DNA of 64,000 bases. Source: Asterias rubens (taxonomy: Eukaryota). The notes under the pieces are model-generated. The model had not been told where the DNA came from. It ran no database searches and worked only from the letters and a program-made list of their open reading frames with translations. Position 1 is the stretch's first letter, and each line of letters begins with the position of its first letter. The position numbers were made by a program, and so were the translations under genes. This document shows, one piece after another, positions 1 to 11,204 of this stretch. Location of the stretch: assembly GCF_902459465.1 (NCBI RefSeq), contig NC_047070.1, positions 17,794,001-17,858,000 on the forward strand, in the 5' to 3' direction.

Positions 1-95
1 TGGACTCAAGCTCTGATGTTTCTTATTAAGCCATTAGTCCCTTGTGTTAGTGTAATGCACAAGTCGCTACGAGAAGGCGTTGTTAATATCATTAT
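1..95 (+). mobile_element. tRNA-derived SINE fragment (family A)
   Basis: tggactcaagctctgatgtttc is shared with the copies at 22378, 36060 and 52950. Confidence 0.5.
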
Positions 96-3000
96 CATGG
101 TAATATGTACTCTGCACCATCTGTGTTTGCTGAACCAGCTGGTAAGAAAAATACTCATTGCAGTTATTTGGAACCTAAATTTGGACTGATTTTATTTTAG
201 AATTAACATAACAGGGATCTACCCTTTGTTATACAGCGCTTTGCACCATTAAGTCATGATAGGTTAATTAGACTATCATGCAAGAGATGAGATTTAGGCT
301 GTGATTGCATGCAGCACATTCAAACAGCTGTTTTAATGTCGACTAGGTTCATCATTCGCAATCTTATATACTCTCTCTCCGTGAGTTTCTCTTGTGGGGC
401 ACAGTCTACTCTATGCCAACAACGATTGAACCCAATAGTGCCTTGAAACATGGAGCCTGGTCGACTGTCGACTCCCAGGAGAAAGGCCTGTACTGTGGTG
501 AATCAATTCTGTGCCAGACATTGAAGTTTGAGTCAGTACTGTAAACTGAATTAGATCAACAATTCAGAGCATATTATTATAATCAGTGCGATTAATGAAA
601 AAATCATTGAAACCTTTGATCTAGAAGAAATATATACACCCCTTTATTCCATTATTCCACTTGTGTATTGCCTTACAGGTTAAGGCAGGGGTAAGGTACT
701 AATCAAAGGAAGAAGCAATTAAAATCAAGGTCTGGTAACCTGACACTCACACCATACTCATACAGAAGTGACCACAGGAAATCACAAGTCTGAATTTCTG
801 GATGATTCATGTGACTTTATTATTTGGGATTGTTTCTCAAAGGAAACGTGTACCTTTGGTGTTCGGACAGTTTGATCGTTTTAATCCTATACAATAAAAC
901 TAGAGGTATCACTGCAAATTTTGAGCAGTTTATTCCGCGTAGGAGGAAAGATTTGTAGTAAGAATATTCAATCCGACAGATTTTGGGGGATAAAAACTGT
1001 TATCTTTTTCCATAACCACATTACTTCTAAGTGAAATGATTCTCAAAATGCTTTACTTCTCACTAAGTGAATTTTTATTGCAATTAATTTTCAGGAGTGG
1101 TTACCAAAAATATACCTTCCCTTGATAATTTCCAAGTACTTGTAAAGAAACAAATTGCAACATGGCATTGAATCACCAGTGACGTAGCTGTAGACTTTGC
1201 GTTGCGCAGCCATATATATTTCTCTCCAATCTGGCCAAATGTAACTAAACTGAGGTTGGAAGACAAAATAGTCTGGGTTTTTTTTAATTTATTTTTTATT
1301 GTTTATACAGTGCAATGAATATAAGCATTCATAACTGGTATTGGATAAAGGAAACATGACCAAGGTGTCGCAACAGTTGGTTCAACTCCTGCGAAACAGT
1401 TGCTGCACAAACAGCCATGTGACTTCAAAATTCGCTTTGATTTCTTATTCGTAGGAAGTATGACCCGGGCTTAATCCCTGCGGTAGTGTGAGTAATGACA
1501 AGATTTGATGCAAAGTGCAAGGGTAGATTAAACCTGTACTGTTCAAATTCAGGAAGGTCACCCTGAAGTAAAGGGGATTCTCTCCTCAAGTTATGTCAGA
1601 TTGTATTTTCTTCCCCGTCTTTAAAAGCCCAAAGTACACGTATATCCCTTGCTCTATATGGTGGTTCAAGGCACAGCTGCAATATTACTTTAATGTAAGA
1701 AAAAAGATTATTACGTGAACCTTAAATATGTGTATCAACGTCGTTGATATTGCATTATCACCAGGCGCCATTAAGTGAATTGGTCATGCTTGCATGGGCA
1801 GCAGACAAGTTAGTGAAACTGTATCCACATTGGCCAGGGTGTAATGTGTTAATCCGGTGTGGACTTCATTGCCTCTGATTTGATTTATGAAAACTACTTG
1901 AGGCAAACAGGAGTTTTAGCAGATGTGGTTTGATAATCAAGGCAATTTATAAAAAGCCTCATTTGGTTTTTATGGGGACACCAGCGTATACTACTGAAGA
2001 AGGTTGAAAGTGTTTTACTTGTGTATTTGATTAGACCCCTTGCATCACTATAACCAAAACAGCGCCCTCAAGCTCATACATAAATCTGGGAACATGGTTG
2101 CCAACACTTTTGAGGAGACTTTTTGAGTTGAAAAACTTCAAGGAATAAATTGATATAGTGTGCTCTTTATTTCTGGCTATGGAAAGTCCTTTTTGTACTA
2201 TATATCTCTGCACTGTAGTTTTAACATAGATTTATTACCAAGTACCTGTAGACAACCTAGACTAAAAACACAATTCTTTTGCAAATTGTTTGTAAAATGT
2301 CTCTTTCTTTTACTTCCTTTCTAACACATTTTTTGTATCCCCTTTATCGATGTACTTTTGCTCAAGCCTTTTTCTGTCTTTTCGTTATTTTTGTGGCTTA
2401 TTTTGGAGTTTTTCCCAGGTCGGTGTATGAACTCTCAGCAATTCTTTCCTGTTTTAGACCCAGGTAGGTTGTACGTTGATGTGTGTAGAATCTAGGTGTA
2501 GGTTCTTCATTCATTATGCGTGTGGCATGCACTCTTGAATCTGCGACTAGAAATTTCTCGCAATTGAAGAAATTTAGGAGAAGAGTGACAAGCTATTAGT
2601 GTTCTTATTTTCAAGAAGTTTGTCCTTTTTGTCTTTTACATTCTTTTTTTGTGTGTTTTAAAATAAAGATATAGGACAACCTATTTTATGTGTACATTTT
2701 TCTTTCCCTCTTTTTTTATTTTGTATTTTTGTCGTTTTTTCGAAAGCTTTCACCATGAAGCTACTTTGAAATTGGGCCCAAATTATTTTAAGTGTTGCTG
2801 AGAATAACAAAAGTTGCAATTGTTTCTGTGAAAGGGGGGTGGCACACGTTTGCTCTTTGAAGCAGATGTTGTGTATGATTTTTGTTTTTTATTACCCAGT
2901 GTTTTCGGTTATCTTTTTATTAATTTATAAATTTGTCAAATTTGTTTTGACAAAGGATATTTAAAGGGGAAAATGTTAAGTGTGTAGACTGTTTTTTTTT

Positions 3001-4597
3001 TAAACGTTATTGCACGGCTAGCTTAATCCATGTATTCTTACAGGGTATCTTAGGAGAACAGCCCGTACCTGATTTGTCTGTGCATATATGCTTAAATGTA
3101 AAAATAAGAATAATATGCACTCTTTACAATTTGGTGTGCTTTTTCTTTGTACTTTGCATACAAGTAAGCTTGCTGGTTTGGCTAGAGTTTGTAGTACTTC
3201 TTAAAGTAATTTAGTCTACATGTACATTGTAACTGCAGCAATTTTGTTATAGAATTAAACTTGGCTGACGACATTACTATACTGTGAATGCTTTGTTGTT
3301 CAATTTTGTCATGAAATACGTCTGGTTGTTGAGACCGATGAGTTTACAATGATCATGACCTGTTTTTGTTTTCTTTCCATAAAGCGCATGGCTTCTGTTT
3401 TTCATATTTTCACTATTATTGTATACTTTGTAAACATATTTACAAGAATTGAAACTGTTTGTGTTTGATCATGGAGCTACCCATGCTTTTATCATAATTG
3501 ATTTCGGAAATGTTCAATTATCCCATTCACCATTTCTATTTAAAAGCATGGTGTACTTTAGTAACTTCCTTTTTTAAAGATCTTTTAAGCAAATACTATC
3601 AGGCGGCAGTCAATGGAAACAAATACCGTACACTTGAAATGCACAACCACTGTTAATGCATCATGCATTTCAAACAGTGTTCCTGCTTTTAGAATCACCA
3701 TGGTGCCATGAAAAAAACAGCAGCTCCATTTAAGCAACTAGCATGCAACATACATTTCGTAAGATTGAACAGTCCGGAAAGGGTAGCTACAAGGGTTCCA
3801 TGCCTGATTATGTGTGTTTCTAACCCATGCATTGGATTGAATCTGAAGTTTGCTGTGTGGGTGTCCATTTTAACATGAAAGTTTAGAGTAATGTTGATAA
3901 AAGGTCATAATTGCCTTAGTTTTTAACACCAGCATTCAGAGCAAGGATAGTTTCACATTTTCCGAAGCCTTGGTCAAGGTGTTGGAGAGTTGTTTTCATT
4001 AGTTTCTAAGGCACAAACTGTGCTGTTGTTTTTATTTATTATTTTTCTTTAGGCTCGCAACCTGCCCGAGCTTTACAAGTCTGTACCTGAGAATAAAAGA
4101 AGTCCACATAATGTAGGGACTTGAATTACTACATGTAGGTGGACTTGAACATTTGAATTTGTGTGATTTAGAAACAGTAAATGGTTTCATTTTGACGAAA
4201 GGTTTACATCCACAGCAACAGCTGTCAAAGGGTGCCCTCAACTGATAATAAATGGAGAGGCATTCTGGCACTAGATAGATTATTTCAAACACCTGCTGCT
4301 GATTATAGATTTCCGTTCTTTGTGTGCATTATTATTGACTTAAAACAGCAAACTTGCTGGAAAGGAGATGGGGCAAACAAGATGAATGTTGTGTTTGTAA
4401 TTCAATCATCCACCAATCTGGAGATTTTTTCCGCAATCTCAAAGATTATGGCAGATATTCCTCCCAGGGGAGATTAGATGCAAATTGGAGATTTATTCGA
4501 TCTCTTCAAGGTATTTGTCAGTAGTTTCAGGTTGGATGGCTTCTGACTGGCAGCCCCCAACCATGATTATCACAAAATAGGGAGAGTGCCAATAAAG

Positions 4598-4700
4598 GGA
4601 CAGAAAGCTCAGTTGGTAGTGCTCTGGCAAAGTAGTCTGGAGGTTGCCGGTTCAAGTCCCGCACTAGTCATTATTTCTTTATTTAATCAAAAAATCAATT
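4598..4700 (+). mobile_element. tRNA-derived SINE head (family B)
   Basis: A-box-like AGCTCAGTTGG and B-box GGTTCAAGTCC; degenerate cloverleaf. Confidence 0.6.
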
Positions 4701-7502
4701 CTTTAAAAAAAGTATTGTTGAAAACATGATTGAGCATTTAAACAGCTCCCTGGGCTTTCTTGAAAGGTTTGTGTGGGAAATAAAACAGAACACGTAATTT
4801 CCTCAAGTTAAAAAAATCCAGGCCTCCATCATTGACTGGCCATTACTTCTCACCTACACACTTCGTTTCTCGGAGTGCTCTTATTAAACAGTGGTCAACC
4901 AGAAAACAGCACGTATGGCTATTTCTGCAAAAAGAAAGAAAAAAAAGTAGAGAATGCTTTTCCGTTTCCAACATCCGTCCTCGCAAGAGGAAGACTGCTC
5001 GAGGGATAATCACTTCAATCATTCAGAAATTAAACACGTCTCGTAAATTACATCCAATTCCCCTACATTCAGTTGTTTTTCTCCTCAAACATCTGTCACC
5101 TCGTGGCCGGCCTCAAGATTAATTCCTGCCAGGGCTGTGGTCCAGCGATAAAAAGCTTTTCAACAGCTTTTTTTTCCCTTCTTCTTTCTTCCTCTGCTGC
5201 AAAGGGTTTGGCACTACTATTATACACTAAGGAGTTTGAAGAAAGCGGAATGCCTGACTAATGATAATGTAATCATTAAGTACATGTTTTGGATCTAAAT
5301 TTAGCCTAAAACTGGCACATTAAGAATTCATGAATAGACCCTTGCTCAGTATCGAGTACAGTTGTGAAATGTCAATGTACACCACATGTAAATTACCTCG
5401 TCTAGAAAATTCAAAATGCAATCAAAACAATTGGGCGTGCCGGGTGTGCCGGGCATTAGGGTGCGATGGAAATAATCCCTGTATGCTATTGTAATAAAGA
5501 TTACAGATTCTCATTATAGGAAAAAGGGGCCAGACTATTTTCCAGTCAAACTGCCACAAAAAATGAAATGTCATGATCGAAAAGTTCTCACTCTAAGCCA
5601 AGAAAACTGGGGGATATTTGTCCCATGAGTTCAAAGCTTTAGACAAAATGAAAATATACAGAACTTGTGAAGTTTCATTCCTTGGAAATAAGCAATCCTG
5701 TGAGAGAGAAACAAATTTTGAGAGAAGGTAGGGTGAAGTGAAAAACTGGGCTGGGGTCAGAAAAGAGAAGGTCTCCGGATGCTAATCAAAGTATCTGGCT
5801 GAAGTAACTGAGGGGGCAGCGTGACACGCATTGCCGAGGGCTGGAATAATTGAATAGCCATCAAATGAAATCATTGAGCTCTTTTGCCCTCCACAGGCAG
5901 GGCGCTGAATTAACCGCATGTCTCTATAAATCCCCCCTTTAAAGAGTAAGCAGAGACGGGTTTATAATTTCAGGCTAGTTCTGCACTGGATTATCACTCT
6001 GGATACTCTAAATCTTATGTTGATTTAACAGGATTATTCTTTGAAAGAGGGGGGGGGGATTCTATTTCCCCTTTCCTTTTTTCACCTTTGTGTTTTTTAC
6101 TTGGACAATCATAGTTACAAAGCCAGCCATCCCACCTTTTTATTTCTTTCTTTGAAGGGTTTAAAACCGGTCACTAGCGACAGTCCAGTCGGCATGTGAA
6201 AGAGTAAACACTACCGCGTAGTTTTGGATATATTATTTGTGAACACTGGATTTATGAACTCGTCTTAACCGAACTTAATTGAGGGCAGAGGAAGCCCACT
6301 GATTGGCTGAAAGTTTTAATGAGAGGCGACATCCATGTTTGGATTGTTTGACCTCACAAAGCAGGTACCCTTTGCAAGAGATCTTTTCATTTATTGTATA
6401 TCATCAAGTATTTTGCATGGCTTCATATTGCTTGCATTATAAAAATGTTACGCCATTTAATTCAGTGTTTCTTTCTTTTTCAGATTTCAATTGCATTTCA
6501 TCTGCTTTCATTTTGGTGTGTGTGTGTTTCATTGTATGATAAAAAGATGTTAAATAGTTTTTTGCTTTGTTCATGATGTTACTCTCCCAATAGTAGACCC
6601 TGGTGTGCCTAGTGACAGCAGTCTAAGATCAAAAAGTAGCTAAGCACAAAATCATCCTGCTCAGCAGAATAAATTTACCAGCTAAACTAGCGTGTCACAT
6701 ATATAATTTGTGACTGGTTTCCTGCTCATTTCTGCTCAGCAGACAACTGATAAAACATTTGTTTTCCTTAAGTAGCTCTATCGAATCCGTCCAAGCTTTT
6801 CAAATATTTACTTTTCTTTACTTAATTCCATATTTTTGAGAACAATACATTTATCTGGTTCAACTGCTAGCACCTGGTGTCCCTGAATGCTCCCATTGGT
6901 TGCCAAGGGCTAGTATCATGCAGCTTCTAAGCATGCACAATTTTCTAGGCACTTACAAATTTGTCTGGTTGACCAGTTGTTTAAACCGAGGACCTTAACA
7001 GAAGGTATCCAGGCAATTTGGCAGGGTAGGATGGGATAACAAACCCAAGTGCTTGATTTACAGGGGTAACAATTATGTGTGAATATTTGTTCGCTTTAAA
7101 TGACCATTCCTATGGAAATACACAGGATTCAAAGGAAAGGAGATGTATGTAGGCCTTTAGTTAGGCTTAAGAATACAAATTGATATTTATTTTGATTTTA
7201 TCAAGCTCTCTTTTAAAGGCAGGGTATACTTTTTGGCAATTTACTCAGTCACTGAAAGAGTTAAGTGCAGCATTGAGTACGAGTATTCGGCTAGCTGAAT
7301 TTGAGTAGGAGTACTATCACAACGGTGCTTGAGTAGTTCTCAGGTAGTACTCAAGTAGTACTCAAGTACCGGTACCGATTACGAATACCACAACAATACT
7401 TTAAAGGAATCATGCACTTTAACGGGTCATGATTATGGAGCAAATGGGAGACTTCCACAATCTAATTCAACTTCTCTTGTTTATTTGTATTTTTAACTTT
7501 AG

Positions 7503-7612
7503 GTAAGGACCAAGGCACACCTCAAGTCAAGGAAGGAATCCAAACTCTAGGAATCGAGTCTGACCCAGCAGCCGAGGAATCAGAAGGCAGTGATTGGACG
7601 CCGTTTGAGTGA
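7503..7612 (+). CDS. Candidate terminal exon of an unidentified + strand gene (reading frame ambiguous)
   Basis: Pyrimidine-rich acceptor ending tttag at 7502, purine-rich exon-like sequence, AATAAA near 7672. Phase 1 reads GKDQGTPQVKEGIQTLGIESDPAAEESEGSDWTPFE* (stop 7610-7612). Phase 0 reads VRTKAHLKSRKESKL* (stop 7548-7550). Confidence 0.45.
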
Positions 7613-7983
7613 TGACCCCTCCTCCCTCCGTGACCTCTAATGCCTCTTTCAAGAACTTTTTTACAATCAGGAATAAAACATCTCTTAATTACTTTTTTGT
7701 TGGGTCATGGCTATTAGGTCCTATTCCGGGATGAATAGAGGGCGACAAAGTAATGATCTTATTATTGTATATCATGAGAACAGAATGAAATCACAAGTTG
7801 CAATCCAGAGTGTTATAGATTTTAGTTACATAGGCAACTAAGCCACGACCCAAACAATTAATTTCAACATATATAATAAAGTGCACACTATCTAGTAGGA
7901 AAAATGCAAACGATAAAAGATTTCTGAAGCGAACAAATATATCCCCATTTATAGATAACTACAAACACAGTTAGAGTTTACCC

Positions 7984-8104
7984 CAGGGCACAATTTCACA
8001 GAGCTGCTTAAGCACAAAAAGTAAAATCTGTGATTGGTATCCTGCTTATTTTTGCTAAGCAGAAAAATGCTAAGCATGATTCTCTGCTCAAGCAGCTCTA
8101 TGTG
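7984..8104. mobile_element. MITE with GGGCCCAATTTCATAGAGCTGCT-type terminal inverted repeats
   Basis: caatttcacagagctgcttaagc ... ctcaagcagctctatg. Related copies near 6640, 16500, 25436, 27239, 32857, 33450, 39851, 57256 and 60575. Confidence 0.6.
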
Positions 8105-9481
8105 GAATAGGTGGAATGACAATAAGCACCAAGCGGTTTTACTAAATGGATTTACCTGATCAAGAACAGTCAATACCCATATCGAGAGACGATTGTTCCG
8201 ATCGGGGGTCAGAGTATCCCAGTTGGTTAGTTTTGTTGGCACAAACCCTGTTCGAGGTAACTATGCGGTTACAGTTACCCTTACCAAATTTGTTTATACT
8301 TGTAGTACTCAAAGCGGTCATAAGTATGGCATTGTCTTGTAGCATTCGAAAAACCATAAGGGCTATTTTGTTAATGTACTCATGGAGAGGGTTTTGCTTT
8401 TTGTGATTTTGTAGTTGCTATCAATTCTTTTGAATGTTTGCAGCAAGTATTGATGTTAGATTTGGTTGATATTGTTAGAAAGCAACTTATTGTTGTCATA
8501 TTGATGGTGGTCAGTCAGTCACACCTTGCGCTTTGTCAATGGCATGCACAGATCTTGCACTTACTAGTCCCTTGGTGATCTGGCCTACATTTGAGTTTTC
8601 TTTAACCTTTATTTAATAAATTTTGGTTCTAAAAAAGCAATATAGACAGGATGAAACAATTGATTTTAGCCGTTGTGAAACACATGTCAGGACTCAAGGT
8701 GTAATTCCATAACACATCAACGCAGAAATGTCCTAATATATTGCATGGCTGCGTTCCATACAGAATGCAAAAGTGTCTTGCTTGATTTAGGACACAGACA
8801 GGCTATTTTTGTCCCCAATTCACTCATGCTTGTGTGACATCTAATATACACTTCTATACGTATGGTATTTCACCAACAAACCCATGTTTTGAATCATGAA
8901 GAAAAAACATGTATACATCAGTTGATTTTCAAGATGGCAACTTGTTTTCAAAGAGTACTCTGAAACCCACAATGAGAGAAGCATTCAATGCAAGCCTGTC
9001 ATGTTTAAATGGTTCGGGACAATCCTGTTTACTATGCCAGGCTCTTAATATCCACTTCCTAGACTCTATCATTATATTCTAACCCTTTTGAGATTGGCTT
9101 TTTGGCTGTCCCCAATGAGAAACAAGATGTTATTCTCCTAGATGCCCTTAAGCCAGGATCACCTTCTTTTTCTGTTTGCCATTAAAGTCATAAAGTCATT
9201 GGAAGGTGGACTCCATGGCCCCTTGGGTCAATTAACTCCATCTTTGAGTACCTGTTACCCTGGTTCAAAGTGAATTTACATAAAACAACTGGTTTTTCCT
9301 CTCCTTTTTGCGCTGTACAGTAAAACCCTTATCGTCAAAATGTATTACAGTACAACAAGCTGTTTCACAAGTAGGACAAATTCATGACCATGGGGACAAA
9401 CGGTTTTATTATTATCTTTACGGTGGATGAGGATGAATTGTTAAGTATCTATAAGTGAAAGATGGACCCTTATTGTCTGCC

Positions 9482-9593
9482 GCCATCAAACTGGTTCCTT
9501 ACTAATTGAGCCATCAAACTGGTTCCTTACTAATTGAGCCATCAAACTGGTTCCTTACTAATTGAGCCATCAAACTGGTTCCTTACTAATTGA
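9482..9593. repeat. Perfect 28-bp tandem repeat x4
   Basis: Unit gccatcaaactggttccttactaattga, four identical copies. Confidence 0.97.
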
Positions 9594-11064
9594 ATAATAG
9601 CATTCTTTGGCCAACCTTGATTTTGTTGTAACAATTTAAATGTATATTAAGTCCGACAATTCTACAGTAAATATTGTTCGTTTTTGGGGGATATTCAGCA
9701 TATATTTTGGATCGTTGCTTTATTTTGTATACCATGTTCTTTTCCTGATTTAGAAACAAACTTTATGATAGGTACATTAGTCATGCGTGTTCAACTGTTC
9801 TGTTATGTTTTATAAAATGAAAATCAATGTGCTGGATGTAATGGAACAAGAATAAGAAAATAATATTTTTGTGTTTGGTCGATATTTTAAAGTCTAGCCA
9901 ATATATACTGAAGATTTCTATTGTATATACTGAATATTCTAAATTGATGTGTATGAAGTAGCGATAGCTATATTCATTTAGGGGAAAAGGAAAGAAAAAT
10001 GCCTGAGTCTGGGAAGTATTGAAAGAAATTTAAAAGAAGAATAGATTTTTGTAAAGAATATTCACTGTATTAAAGTGGGGCAAGCCATGGCTTGCCCACC
10101 TGCCTTGGTAGTGGTTTGCAACGGTTGCGGATAGAGTAGAGTTTTCACCGGCGTTCACGCATGATTTAGGATTGAGAGATATGCTAGATAGATGCACTTA
10201 GAGGGGAACCACTTAGGGAACCACGGAATGGCTTCAACACCTCCTGGAAAAGACACTGCTTGACATGTTACTGTACATCTAGGTACTCAAAGGAAATACT
10301 CATGTACATGTTTAAACCTTTTTGTTTTTCAGTTTGTTTTTCGGTTTGCGTATTCTGTGCCAACCTTAAGCTGTCACACTGGAAGTACTTTTAATAGATG
10401 ACTTGATATGAACATGGAGGTAGAACAAAAATTTGTTATCTGATGAAACTTTGTCAAGTAAAAGTGGATTGTTATTTATTTAGGCATCTAGGATTTTGTA
10501 CTTAAGTCGGTTTCTTAACTGTACTGATGTCTTAAATGTAATATCTTGTTTGCTTGCGGTTGGTTCAAAGATTATCATTCCGTTGCCCAAACATTTCAAG
10601 CCAATACATTTTCCATGGTCGTGCATTTGATATCAACGAAAATCTTGGCATGTTTTGAAGAATAATCTGCCATTGGAGTACACACTCGGAGAACCTTTCT
10701 GACAGATAACATTCTCAGATTCAAATTTTTTGATAGAAAAACTTTAAAAAAAATGCTTAACCACATTTCTTTGAAGTGAAATTATTCTAAAAACTGCTGT
10801 ACTTCTAACCAAGTCAGAATTATCATTGCCATTACTTTAAAAGTCATCACCAAATCATTTTAAAAGTCATATACCGTCCCTTTAAGCGTTGTCAGTCGTA
10901 TGCGACTGGCACTCACTGACAAAAATATCTGCAGGCAGTCATTCGGAAAGCTTGGATTAAATACGGCAGGCGGTCAGCCATGAATTGGTCAGTACTTGCC
11001 GATCACGTAGCCCACGAAATGCAGTCAGCATCTTCCTTGTTACTGGTCGATTAGGAATTTTGTA

Positions 11065-11204
11065 ATTACAGCATTGCTAATGGGTATGAAGGGAAGTCTT
11101 TTTATGAAGTCAAACTTCTGGTTGCTCTTCTGTTATTACATCATTGCTAATGGGTGGGAAGGGAGGTCTTTTAATAAAGTCCAAATGCTGGTTTCTCTTC
11201 TGTG
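11065..11204. repeat. Imperfect 70-bp tandem duplication
   Basis: attaca(g/t)cattgctaatgggt...ctcttctgt starts at 11065 and 11135. Confidence 0.8.

Noticed and set aside
4598-4700. tRNA gene
   Set aside because: A and B boxes are present but the cloverleaf is broken and multiple diverged copies exist, so this and the other tRNA-like hits are SINE heads.
7949-8406. Three overlapping 65-97 aa ORFs
   Set aside because: No recognisable motif or consistent splice structure; they partly overlap a MITE.
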